Origin: Candidatus Latescibacterota bacterium
GTDB lineage: Bacteria > Latescibacterota > CBDEFO01
DNA: 64,000 bases
Reading direction: 5' to 3'
Assembly: GCA_965237525.1 (NCBI GenBank)
Contig: CBDEFO010000007.1
Coordinates: forward strand, 1-64,000
The translations under genes and the position numbers were made by a program. Below are positions 43,947-54,190 of this stretch, in pieces; positions within the stretch are counted from its first letter, which is position 1; every line of letters starts with the position of its first letter. Under the pieces are notes generated by a model, which did no database searches, was not told the origin of the DNA, and saw only the letters and a program-made list of their open reading frames with translations.

Positions 43947-45465
43947 AAGCCTTGTGAAAAACCCTTAGATTCAGAAAATAGTATAAAACAAGCATTGATA
44001 AAGCAGCTCCGATGTATTATATTATGTTATTGATAATATTATACATGGAGGAAACAATGACCCCACAAAAGCAGGAACAGACAAATCCGATGTTTCACTA
44101 TTTTCAGATGGAGGATTTAGTTCCCGAGGATCATATCCTTCGTCAGATTGATGAGGCAGTTGATTTTTCATTTGTACGAGACGTTGTATCAGATTGTTAT
44201 TGCCCTGACAATGGCAGACCCGGTATTGATCCTGAATTAGTTGTTCGAATGATCCTTATTGGCTATCTGTATAATTTGAGTGAGAATCGGCTCTGTCAGG
44301 AAGTGGGGATGCATGCGGCATATCGGTTGTTTTGTCATCAGACATTTGATGATGCGGTTCCGGATAGGAGCACGATCAACAAGCTTCGCAATCACAAGTG
44401 GGCATCCAGTGGGTTGTTTGAACGGATAATGCGTCAGGTAGTCCAGTGTTGCATAGATGTCGGTCTTGTGAGCGGTAAACACCTTAGTGTCGACGGCACT
44501 CAGATACAAGCTGATGCTTCAGTGAAAAGTATTGAGCCGATAGAACCCCCTGTTTCTCTTGATGATTATCTCAAGGGAATCGGTTTTGAAGGTGATAAGA
44601 CAAAGGGTAGGTCCGGGCATCCTCAGGATAAAGACTTTCATGGTGAAAAGTGGACGAACCAAACACACCGTTCGACTACAGACCCCGACGCGCGCTTATA
44701 CAGCAAATCGAAGGGCAAAGGGGCTTTTCTCTCGTTTATGGGCCATGATCTGATCGACACAAAAAGCAGAGTAATCCTTGAGACTCAGGGCACGCAGGCG
44801 ACAGGGACAGCAGAGCCCGAAAGTGCCCTTAAGATGGTAGATGACCTTGAAACATACACCATGCCCAAAGACATTCAGACACTTAGTGCCGATACCGGTT
44901 ACGGTTCTGGTAATTTTATCGCTGATGTACTTGACCGGGGAATCATACCCCATATTCCTCTGCGAGCCGATGAGAAGATTGAACCGATTCCTACATGGAA
45001 AAACAAGACAAATCCAGCACATATTCAGGCCGAACGGGATAGAAAAGTGCGAGAGGCGAAAGCCAGAAATCATGCACGGTCTATCTCATTAACAGCTGAC
45101 TACAAACTCTCCCGGAGACTCCGTAAACGCAGTGAACATATCTTTGCTGAAGCCAGGCAACAACACGGTATGGGACGAGCCCGTTATAGAGGACCAGCCT
45201 CACTGAATGAACAGTTGAATCTTGTTGCAACAGTACAGAATCTCAAGAGGCTTGTATCTTTCATAAGAAGGGGGAAAGCGTCTATGTGTGCCCTGTCTGT
45301 CAAAGACAGTGCATCCTGTTCTTCAAACAGCTCCTGTTCCTTGCTGACCAGAACTCTGATAAGACTATTTTGCTTATTCCACAGCAAAACGATACGATAT
45401 GCTTCTCTTTGACCCATAATCGGCGCTTCAGACGCTGCCTGGGACATAACTATTTCACAAGGTTT
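43947..45465 (+). mobile_element. IS1182/IS5-like copy 4, TSD CTAA, intact transposase
   Basis: Empty site CTCTAAACAAAG in copy A; right TIR variant AAGGTTT. Confidence 0.95.
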
Positions 45466-45527
45466 CTAAACAAAGATCAAATTAGGTGCACCGATTTCAT
45501 TTGATATTCAACCAGTAAACAGTAGAT

Positions 45528-45645
45528 AGGGCACCTCACTTAGAAGGAATTGTCAGACAGGAATGTCTGACCCACCTTTTTATATATGTTGGTAGAACAG
45601 ACATTCTTGTCTGTTCTTATCTGTTCTATTTGGATCTCTATAATC
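45528..45645. repeat. GTAG-type REP doublet, near-duplicate of 51577-51693
   Basis: GTCAGACAGGAATGTCTGACCCAC and GTAGAACAGACATTCTTGTCTGTTC. Confidence 0.75.
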
Positions 45646-45812
45646 CTATTTTACACCGATACTTCACACTCACTCCAAGAACTAAACATAACTCTACAGA
45701 TCGCAAAATCCAAATAGAAAATTGCATTCCTCAATTTTCAGTTGACTTTGCTTCGAGCGTTTCTTAAATTCTTCGAGAACCGAGAAGAGAGAGGACTTAC
45801 GTTCTTTTCTAA

Positions 45813-47331
45813 AAGCCTTGTGAAATAGTTATGTCCCAGGCAGCGTCTGAAGCGGCGATTATGGGTCAAAGAGTAGCATATCGTATCGTTTTGCTGTGGA
45901 ATAAGCAAAATAGTCTTATCAGAGTTCTGGTCAGCAAGGAATAGGAGCTGTTTGAAGAACAGGATGCACTGTCTTTGACAGACAGGGCACACATAGACGC
46001 TTTCCCCCTTCTTATGAAAGATACAAGCCTCTTGAGATTCTGTACTGTTGCAACAAGATTCAACTGTTCATTCAGTGAGGCTGGTCCTCTATAACGGGCT
46101 CGTCCCATACCGTGTTGTTGCCTGGCTTCAGCAAAGATATGTTCACTGCGTTTACGGAGTCTCCGGGAGAGTTTGTAGTCAGCTGTTAATGAGATAGACC
46201 GTGCATGATTTCTGGCTTTCGCCTCTCGCACTTTTCTATCCCGTTCGGCCTGAATATGTGCTGAATTTGTCTTGTTTTTCCATGTAGGAATCGGTTCAAT
46301 CTTCTCATCGGCTCGCAGAGGAATATGGGGTATGATTCCCCGGTCAAGTACATCAGCGATAAAATTACCAGAACCGTAACCGGTATCGGCACTAAGTGTC
46401 TGAATGTCTTTGGGCATGGTGTATGTTTCAAGGTCATCTACCATCTTAAGGGCACTTTCGGGCTCTGCTGTCCCTGTCGCCTGCGTGCCCTGAGTCTCAA
46501 GGATTACTCTGCTTTTTGTGTCGATCAGATCATGGCCCATAAACGAGAGAAAAGCCCCTTTGCCCTTCGATTTGCTGTATAAGCGCGCGTCGGGGTCTGT
46601 AGTCGAACGGTGTGTTTGGTTCGTCCACTTTTCACCATGAAAGTCTTTATCCTGAGGATGCCCGGACCTACCCTTTGTCTTATCACCTTCAAAACCGATT
46701 CCCTTGAGATAATCATCAAGAGAAACAGGGGGTTCTATCGGCTCAATACTTTTCACTGAAGCATCAGCTTGTATCTGAGTGCCGTCGACACTAAGGTGTT
46801 TACCGCTCACAAGACCGACATCTATGCAACACTGGACTACCTGACGCATTATCCGTTCAAACAACCCACTGGATGCCCACTTGTGATTGCGAAGCTTGTT
46901 GATCGTGCTCCTATCCGGAACCGCATCCTCAAATGTCTGATGACAAAACAACCGATATGCCGCATGCATCCCCACTTCCTGACAGAGCCGATTCTCACTC
47001 AAATTATACAGATAGCCAATAAGGATCATTCGAACAACTAATTCAGGATCAATACCGGGTCTGCCATTGTCAGGGCAATAACAATCTGATACAACGTCTC
47101 GTACAAATGAAAAATCAACTGCCTCATCAATCTGACGAAGGATATGATCCTCGGGAACTAAATCCTCCATCTGAAAATAGTGAAACACCGGATTTGTCTG
47201 TTCCTGCTTTTGTGGGGTCATTGTTTCCTCCATGTATAATATTATCAATAACATAATATAATACATCGGAGCTGCTTTATCAATGCTTGTTCTATACTAC
47301 TTTCTGAATCTAAGGGTTTTTCACAAGGCTT
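45813..47331 (-). mobile_element. IS1182/IS5-like copy 5, TSD CTAA, intact transposase
   Basis: TIRs, TSD and the ORF at 45866-47266. Confidence 0.95.
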
Positions 47332-47373
47332 CTAATGCTATCAATCTTTGAGGAAAGAGAGGAGGACATAGAA

Positions 47374-48171
47374 ATGCCTGCAGAAAAAAAGAGGATAGGC
47401 ATAATTGGATATGGACAGATCGGCTCCTACGTTTACGAACAGATCACCCAAAGACCGCAAATGGGGCTTGAGATAGCATTTGTCTATAATCGATCTCCCG
47501 AACGAGTCAAAAATCTTCCTGATGAGGTCATCTTGGATGAGCTGGAAGATTTTGAAAAGACGAATCCCGATCTGGTTGTGGAGTTGGCGCATTCTGACAT
47601 CACCAGAGAGTACGGTCAGATGATATTAGAAAGCACAGATTACTTAATACTCTCGGTAACAGTTATGGCTGACAGAGAACTTGAGGAGCACCTCTTTGAA
47701 GTGTGCCAGAAAAATGGCACTTGCCTTTACATACCACACGGAGGAGTAATCGGATTAGATACGATAAATGAAGGGCGAGAGGTGTGGGATGAAGTCAGGG
47801 GACTGATGAGGAAGAATCCCGAGAATCTGGACTTCAGTAGAACTGATCTTGACCCCGATAGCATTACATCAGCGACAGTCTTGTACGAGGGTCCCGTGAG
47901 GGATATATGTCCCAGGTTTCCCAGAAATGTTAACACTCTAGCTGCGCTTGCGCTGGGAGGGATAGGATTCGATCGGACGCACGCAACTTTGATAGCAGAT
48001 CCCTCTCTGGACGTGGCCATCGTCGAGGTGTACGCTTACAGTGATGAGGTCAACTGCGAGATAAAGCGGATAGAGCCGATCAAGGGTGTCACCGGAACGT
48101 TCATATTGACTTCTACTTTGGAGACGATAAAAAGGGTCGAGGTGGCAAAAAGCGGTATTCAGATCTGTTAG
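47374..48171 (+). CDS. L-aspartate dehydrogenase-like (DUF108) protein
   Basis: GIIGYGQIG, VVELAH and FPRNVN motifs; GGAGG RBS. Confidence 0.75.
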   Translation: MPAEKKRIGIIGYGQIGSYVYEQITQRPQMGLEIAFVYNRSPERVKNLPDEVILDELEDFEKTNPDLVVELAHSDITREYGQMILESTDYLILSVTVMADRELEEHLFEVCQKNGTCLYIPHGGVIGLDTINEGREVWDEVRGLMRKNPENLDFSRTDLDPDSITSATVLYEGPVRDICPRFPRNVNTLAALALGGIGFDRTHATLIADPSLDVAIVEVYAYSDEVNCEIKRIEPIKGVTGTFILTSTLETIKRVEVAKSGIQIC

Positions 48172-49721
48172 AGGATCGGTCCGAGTATCCACGGGTTGAA
48201 TTCCTCTTCACCGACTCCGTTTAGTTCGCTCTTGGTCCTCTTGCCTGATGCGACTTCTATTATCTCGTTGAGTATTATATGTCCTGCGTCTTGAACCTCC
48301 ACTCCTTCGAGTACAACTCCGGCGTTTATGTCCATATCGTCTATCATGTGATTATAGAGTCTTGAGTTGGTAGCTATCTTAATGGACGGTGAGGGCTTAA
48401 ACCCAAAGACAGAGCCTCTTCCCGTCGTAAAGGTCACTATGTTAGCGCCTCCTGCTACCATCCCTGTTACAGAGACAGGATCGTAGCCGGGGGTATCCAT
48501 TACGACGAATCCTTTCTGTGTGACCTGCTCGGCGTAGAGGTAGACTTCGTTCAGAGGAGTGGTGCCGCCCTTTGCTATGGCTCCGAGAGATTTTTCGTAG
48601 ATGGTGGTGATCCCACCTTCTTTATTTCCCGGTGCGGGGTTGTTGTTGATCTCCGCTCCGAGGACGGACGTGTAATGCTCCCACCATTTGATCCTTTCGA
48701 CGAGCTTCCTGCCGACCTTTTCGTTTTTTGCCCTCTTGATCAGCAGGTGTTCTGCACCGTATATCTCCGGCGTTTCCGCAAGAATGACTGTGCCTCTGTA
48801 TCTTACCAGTTCGTCCGCTGCAGCGCCTAAGGCTGGATTTGCGGTGATGCCGGAGTAGGCGTCGCTCCCACCGCACTCTGTGGCGAGCACGAGTTTGGAT
48901 ATAGGCTGCTCTGTTCTTCTTGCGCGGTCGGCTTCGGGAAGGAGTTCAAGTATGGCTTTACTTGCGTTTTCGATAGTCTTTCTAATTCCTCCGCTCTCCT
49001 GAATTGTGATGATTTTGGGGTATCGCTTTTGGGGAGACTCTATCTGTAAGAGTCCCTGGGATTCTACGAGGTCTTTTGCCTGGTTCGATTCGCAGCCGAG
49101 CCCGACTATTATATAGCCTGCGACGTTAGGATGTCTGGCAAATCCGGCAAGTGTCCTTTGAAGCTGTCGATGATCCTCGCCGCCGATTTTCAATGCACAG
49201 CCGTTTTTGTGCGTGATGGGTATCACGCCGTCCACGTTCGGATAATCTTTCAGTATTTCGTCCGTAAAGCGGTCACAGATGTAGCGGGACGTAGAGCTTG
49301 AACAGTTGACTGTAGAGGTGACCGCAAGGTAGTTTCTGGTTCCGACCTTTCCGTCCTCCCTTTTGTAGCCCATGAAGGTCCTCATATCCTCTTGTGGATA
49401 GAAGTCATCCGGAGCGATCTCTGTGGCGTATTCGTAGGATTGGTCAAGCTCCTGGACTTCCAGGTTGTGAGTGTGAACGTGTTCGCCTCTATAGATGTTC
49501 TCTGTCGCAAATCCTATTATCTGTCCGTACTTCCTGACCGGGATGCCTTTGGAGATATCGCAAAGGGCTATCTTGTGTCCGGGCAAAATGTTGACTTTGG
49601 GGACGATATTTTTTCCGTCGTATTTGAGCGTCACTTCAGGGGTGATGACTTCTTTTGCGACAGCTACGTCGTCTCCCTCTTTAAGGATAATGGCTTTTTC
49701 TATAAGATCGTAGGATGGCAT
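48168..49721 (-). CDS. UxaA/GarD-family dehydratase (SAF plus GD_AH)
   Basis: GHKIA, HVHTHN, VGTRN, ECGGSD, EKSLG and FTTGRGS motifs. Confidence 0.9.
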   Translation of the reverse strand: MPSYDLIEKAIILKEGDDVAVAKEVITPEVTLKYDGKNIVPKVNILPGHKIALCDISKGIPVRKYGQIIGFATENIYRGEHVHTHNLEVQELDQSYEYATEIAPDDFYPQEDMRTFMGYKREDGKVGTRNYLAVTSTVNCSSSTSRYICDRFTDEILKDYPNVDGVIPITHKNGCALKIGGEDHRQLQRTLAGFARHPNVAGYIIVGLGCESNQAKDLVESQGLLQIESPQKRYPKIITIQESGGIRKTIENASKAILELLPEADRARRTEQPISKLVLATECGGSDAYSGITANPALGAAADELVRYRGTVILAETPEIYGAEHLLIKRAKNEKVGRKLVERIKWWEHYTSVLGAEINNNPAPGNKEGGITTIYEKSLGAIAKGGTTPLNEVYLYAEQVTQKGFVVMDTPGYDPVSVTGMVAGGANIVTFTTGRGSVFGFKPSPSIKIATNSRLYNHMIDDMDINAGVVLEGVEVQDAGHIILNEIIEVASGKRTKSELNGVGEEEFNPWILGPIL

Positions 49722-49746
49722 TCTTTTTTCTCCTTATGTAAATCTA

Positions 49747-49775
49747 TTGACAAAGGTTTAATAAATCTTTATACT
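49747..49775 (+). promoter_or_regulatory. Sigma70 promoter of MNT-HEPN with a palindromic spacer (possible operator)
   Basis: TTGACA-N17-TATACT; near-palindrome AAAGGTTTAATAAATCTTT. Confidence 0.7.
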
Positions 49776-49828
49776 TCCCCACTATGGGAGGTTGTAGCTT
49801 TTACTACAGACAGCTTGGGAAAAGACAT

Positions 49829-50212
49829 ATGATGAAAGCCCGAAAAACTGAGAAAGTCAACGAAGAGTTGATCCGAAGGGTAACTGAGCGTATCGTCAAG
49901 GAATATGACCCTGATAAGATCATTTTATACGGGTCGTTAGCCTGGGGAAAATCTAACAAAGATTGTGACCTTGATCTTTTCATTATCAAGGATTCTCCTT
50001 TGAGACGAGATCTAAGGTCTACGGAGATATCTAAGCTCTTCTTTCCCCGCCGATTCGGATTGGATGTGCTTGTCTATACTCCAGAGGAGATAGAAAGACG
50101 TTTAAAGTTAGGCGATTTTTTTGTCAAGAGGATTATAGAACACGGAGTAGTCCTGTATGACCGAAAAACATCTGATACTGGTTGGGGAATGGATCTACAA
50201 GGGCAACAATGA
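49829..50212 (+). CDS. Minimal nucleotidyltransferase (MNT)
   Basis: ILYGSLAWG...DLDLFII and DVLVYTPEE motifs. Confidence 0.85.
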   Translation: MMKARKTEKVNEELIRRVTERIVKEYDPDKIILYGSLAWGKSNKDCDLDLFIIKDSPLRRDLRSTEISKLFFPRRFGLDVLVYTPEEIERRLKLGDFFVKRIIEHGVVLYDRKTSDTGWGMDLQGQQ

Positions 50213-50555
50213 CCTGCGAAACGCTCAAATAGTCATACAAGATGACGATCCTCCTACCGATACTGTCTGTTTTCATTGTCAGCAGGCGGTGGAAAAGTAC
50301 CTGAAAGCTTTTCTCATCTCTAACGCCCAGGAACCTCCCAGGCACCACGATCTGATCGAACTTTTGTCTTTGTGCATCGATATTGATAAAGACTTCCACA
50401 AAATACGGGACGAAGCTGAACTCCTCACAAAATATGGACTTATACCGCGTTATCCGTCTGACCCTCCTATCTATTATGCCAAATATGAAGCTGAAGAAGC
50501 AATAGAAAAGGCTAAGATCGCTGTGGATTTTGTAACCTCCAAGATTAAAAGGTAA
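50157..50555 (+). CDS. HEPN domain protein
   Basis: CFHCQQAVEKYLKA, HDL and RYP motifs; overlaps the MNT gene. Confidence 0.85.
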   Translation: MTEKHLILVGEWIYKGNNDLRNAQIVIQDDDPPTDTVCFHCQQAVEKYLKAFLISNAQEPPRHHDLIELLSLCIDIDKDFHKIRDEAELLTKYGLIPRYPSDPPIYYAKYEAEEAIEKAKIAVDFVTSKIKR

Positions 50556-50629
50556 CTATTTGTATCCGAGCACCACGAGGACGGTTTTCTTTTTGTTCTC
50601 CTTATGTAAATCTATTGACAAAGGTCTAA

Positions 50630-51513
50630 TTACCAACGGATATTCTTAATGGCGTCGCGGGCCTGATTTATATAAAGCCACCATTTATCGAGCCAAGGTG
50701 TATGTATCCCCTTGGCATGAGCGGATTCAACCAAGATTGCGCGGATACTCCTTAATTCATGGCTGATTGGATTATCGGATTCTGGCCCTTTGAAACGAAG
50801 ATTGTCGGCTGCGAGGAGATCCAGCATCGTTTCAATTCTAGGAGCTAATAGACTTCCTGTCGGCGTCTGTACAGCCGCATAATGCAGCTACTTCGCATTG
50901 GGATACGGCTTCCCATCGAGGATCATAGCCGCTTTAAGGGCATGGGTTAGGACTTCTGTAAGGGACACAAGGACTGCAACAGCATCCCTGCGCTCCATAG
51001 GATTATCACCGGCTCGATGATAACCACGCATTTCGACATAGTGATAAAAGAAGAATGCAAAGCGAGCCTCATCGCGCATTGGCTTACGAGCACGGGCGAT
51101 CAACTCTTTAACATCGTCTGTGTTATCTATGATGATCTTTGCCTGTTGGAGTTCATAGATCAGCGGCATAACGCCCCTTTTTAGACGATCTGAAAAATCG
51201 TCTACAGACTCAGCATTCAGATGCCCGGGTTTTCCCTCAAGCTCAAAATCGAAAAACCGCGTCTCAGAGATAGAATCGAGTTCAGCAAGGTCTGTATCCG
51301 CTTGGAGAAACAACAGATCGAGGTCCGAAAACGGATCATCGATTCCCCATGTGGTTGAGCTATGAAGAACTACAGCCGCTCTACTATAAAATCTTCCAAG
51401 GACAGAGTGTTCATTAAGGAATTCCGGTAGAAACTTATATAATCTGTCTGTCCAATAACTCTCGGTATCTTTTTCCCGGGTTAGCTCTGTCATTAAGATA
51501 CTCATCTTCTTCA
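50630..51513 (-). pseudogene. Nucleotidyltransferase-like hypothetical protein with a nonsense mutation
   Basis: HSS..WG.DD..SDLDL motif; in-frame TAG at 50888 (YPNAK*L) and the frame continues to 50630. Confidence 0.6.
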
Positions 51514-51576
51514 TTAGAGGATTCGCTATATTCCTTGATCCCAATCGTAAATTACTTTGATGTTGATTTGGAAAAC

Positions 51577-51693
51577 AGGGACACCTCACTTAGAGTGAAT
51601 TGCCAGACAGGAATGTCTGACCCACCTTTTTTTATATGTCGGTAGAACAGACATTCTTGTCTGTTCCTATCTGTCCTAATTTAGTCTATAATC
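51577..51693. repeat. GTAG-type REP doublet
   Basis: Near-identical to 45528-45645. Confidence 0.75.
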
Positions 51694-51741
51694 ACCTCTA
51701 GGCTATTTTGACCCGATACTCAAGATCATTTTGGAAAGTGA

Positions 51742-52497
51742 CTACTTGTACCTCAGCACCACGATCTGCAGCTTTTCTGGCATCTCGTCCTTCGAGATAT
51801 TAAGAGTGTTGCTATCGGCCCTCTTTACGTTGTCCCTTCCCTTTATAAAGGAGTCTATAGTCTCAAGTCCGATCTTCAGGACGTCTGCCTTGTAGTGCAT
51901 GGGGAGTATGACCATTCTGGGTTTAAGTTGGTCTATGACCTGATGCGCTCCTTTGGCGTCTATCGTATAGACTCCGCCTACAGGAATCATAACTACATCG
52001 GGTGTTCCGATAGCTTTGAGGTCTTGATCTCTTAGTAAGTGTCCAAGATCGCCGAGGTGGACGACTTTTAGATCGTCAACTTGAAAGATGAAGATGGAGT
52101 TTTTGCCCCTGTCCTTACCTTCGTTATCGTCGTGATAGACGGGAACATTGTAGATCTTTACGTCTTTGACCTGTGTTTCGATGCCCACCCAGTCCGCTCT
52201 CGTATTGTCCGGTCCTTTGAGCCCGCGCAGGACTCTTGGGTTTCCTCTGGCAAGTTGTACGTTGGTGTGGTCGAAGTGTTCGTGGCTGACCGTGACTGCA
52301 TCAGGTGAAACGCCGGGCAGATCGTATCCCATGCCCTCTGGAATGGGGTCCAAAAGTATCTGTGTGCCCTTGGATGAGGTTATAAGATAGCACGATTGTC
52401 CGAACCATTGGAGGGTTACGCTCTTATCGTCTATCTGGACGGCATAGGCCAAGAATACGATAAGGATTGTGAGACCAACTGCAACGAAGCTTATCAT
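51742..52497 (-). CDS. MBL-fold metallohydrolase with an N-terminal signal or anchor
   Basis: SHEHFDH, HLGDLGH and PMHYK motifs. Confidence 0.85.
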   Translation of the reverse strand: MISFVAVGLTILIVFLAYAVQIDDKSVTLQWFGQSCYLITSSKGTQILLDPIPEGMGYDLPGVSPDAVTVSHEHFDHTNVQLARGNPRVLRGLKGPDNTRADWVGIETQVKDVKIYNVPVYHDDNEGKDRGKNSIFIFQVDDLKVVHLGDLGHLLRDQDLKAIGTPDVVMIPVGGVYTIDAKGAHQVIDQLKPRMVILPMHYKADVLKIGLETIDSFIKGRDNVKRADSNTLNISKDEMPEKLQIVVLRYK

Positions 52498-52655
52498 CTT
52501 TTAAAGCCTCCTTCGCTTCGAGATTGAAACGGTGATCGCGCATAACGCTCCGCCTGTTGCCGACGGTCCGAAGGACTGTCGGCAACAGGCGTCAGCCGAA
52601 GCTGAAGTCTGGCTGTTAGGAGAAGTCCCGTTAATCCCGGAGTCCAGGTTTAATC

Positions 52656-53093
52656 TTACTTTGGTTTGCCAGAGACGGTCAACGGGCCGTTGCGACCAAC
52701 GTTAGCCCACGTGGCGACTGCAATGGTTTCCTGATCGCTTTCGTTTGCTCCTGATATAACCGTACCTGCTGGAATATAAGCAATGTGACCGGAACGTATT
52801 TCGGACTTTTGACCATTGAGCCAAACAGTTAGCTTCCCCGAGTAAACGATCAAACTTTCGTCAAATACTGGATGATGGTGTTCTGTGATTCTTGCTCCCG
52901 GAGATAAACGCAGAGCTTTGGATGCCATATTGTCAGTTTCCCAGAGAACTGTACTGGTTAGCTCTCTCTCCTTTGGTTCAGTGAGCTCCGTAACATCGAA
53001 GAGACTGACCTTAAGTTTGCTTTCTGTTTGAGGTGTAGCTCCTATTAGCAGCGCACATACGCCGATGAAGATGATTTTGATATACATATACAC
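52656..53093 (-). CDS. Secreted cupin-domain protein
   Basis: HHHPVFDE and YIPAG motifs; signal peptide; GGAGGTG RBS. Confidence 0.7.
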   Translation of the reverse strand: MYMYIKIIFIGVCALLIGATPQTESKLKVSLFDVTELTEPKERELTSTVLWETDNMASKALRLSPGARITEHHHPVFDESLIVYSGKLTVWLNGQKSEIRSGHIAYIPAGTVISGANESDQETIAVATWANVGRNGPLTVSGKPK

Positions 53094-53102
53094 CTCCTCT
53101 GT

Positions 53103-53759
53103 TTAGTATTGCCTTGAGGGACAGAGTTCCGCTATATTGCATTCGCGACATTTGGGAGACCTTGCTTGGCAGGTTTTCCTGCCGTGATCTATCAGAAGGT
53201 GCGAAAAGAGGGTCCATTCTTCTTTTGGCACGATTTCCATAAGGTCACCTTCGATCTTGTCAGGATTCTGGTTTTCCGTTATGCCGAGTCTCTGGGAGAT
53301 CCTCTTTACGTGTGTGTCCACCACGACTCCAGGGATGCCGAAGGCGTTGCCAAGGACGACATTAGCGGTCTTTCTGCCGACTCCTCCGAGTTTTGTGAGT
53401 TCCTCCATGGTGGAGGGCACCTCTCCGTTGTGTCTTTCTACAATAGCCCCACAGCACATCTTTATACTTTTGGTTTTGTTCCTGAAGAAGCCTGTGGGAT
53501 GGATTTCCCTTTCAAGTTCCAGGACGTCCACGTCTGCGTAGTCCTGGGCGGTTTTATATTTTTTGAAAAGCTCTACTGTGACCTTGTTGACTCTCTCGTC
53601 CGTGCATTGGGCAGAAAGGATTGTGGCTATCAGCAGTTCTAGAGGATCGGAAAAGTTTAAGGCTGTACCTGAGTCGGGGAATTCGCCGTTGAGCATGGCG
53701 ATGATCTTTTTTGTGCGTTCTTTTTGGGCTTCTTTACTCTCCATTACATTACCCTCCAT
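53103..53759 (-). CDS. nth: Endonuclease III
   Basis: LSAQCTD, HhH motif GVGRKTA, VDTHV and the C-x6-C-x2-C-x5-C cluster. Confidence 0.95.
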   Translation of the reverse strand: MEGNVMESKEAQKERTKKIIAMLNGEFPDSGTALNFSDPLELLIATILSAQCTDERVNKVTVELFKKYKTAQDYADVDVLELEREIHPTGFFRNKTKSIKMCCGAIVERHNGEVPSTMEELTKLGGVGRKTANVVLGNAFGIPGVVVDTHVKRISQRLGITENQNPDKIEGDLMEIVPKEEWTLFSHLLIDHGRKTCQARSPKCRECNIAELCPSRQY

Positions 53760-53789
53760 TAAATTACTCTAATCTACATTTGAGCAGAT

Positions 53790-54190
53790 CTATCTCTCCT
53801 TGAGTTTTTCTGTGTGCAATCTTAAAAGTTCCACTTCTTCTATCAGTTTTCTCTCCCGAAGGACCCTGTCTACTTTAGCTGACATTTCACCCAGACTGAA
53901 GGGCTTGACGATGAAGTCGCTGGATCCCTCACGCATGACGTCCATAAAGGTATATTCTTCTCCCAGAGCTGCCATGATGATCACTTCGACGTGAGCGTTG
54001 TGTTCTTTTACTGTTTTGAGGAGTTCTATGCCGTCCATGCCGGGCATTCTGAGGTCAGTTATAACTATATGGAGTAGTCCCCGTCCCTGATAAGCTGAAA
54101 AGCTGAATTTCCATCTGCAGCCACCTGGGTATCGTGCCCAAGGGCCTCCAGAAAATCACCGACCATATTGAGGACACCTGGGTCTGCCCC
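53790..54190 (-). pseudogene. Response regulator fragment (N-truncated, frameshifted)
   Basis: TDLRMPGMDG and IVKPF motifs; the upstream part is in another frame and is cut at the MFS stop. Confidence 0.65.

Larger units (their letters stand above)
41164..45515 (-). mobile_element. rve-type IS copy B carrying two nested IS1182-like insertions
   Basis: Same TIRs as copy A, TA flanks; length 4352 = 1306 + 2 x (1519 + 4). Confidence 0.9.
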
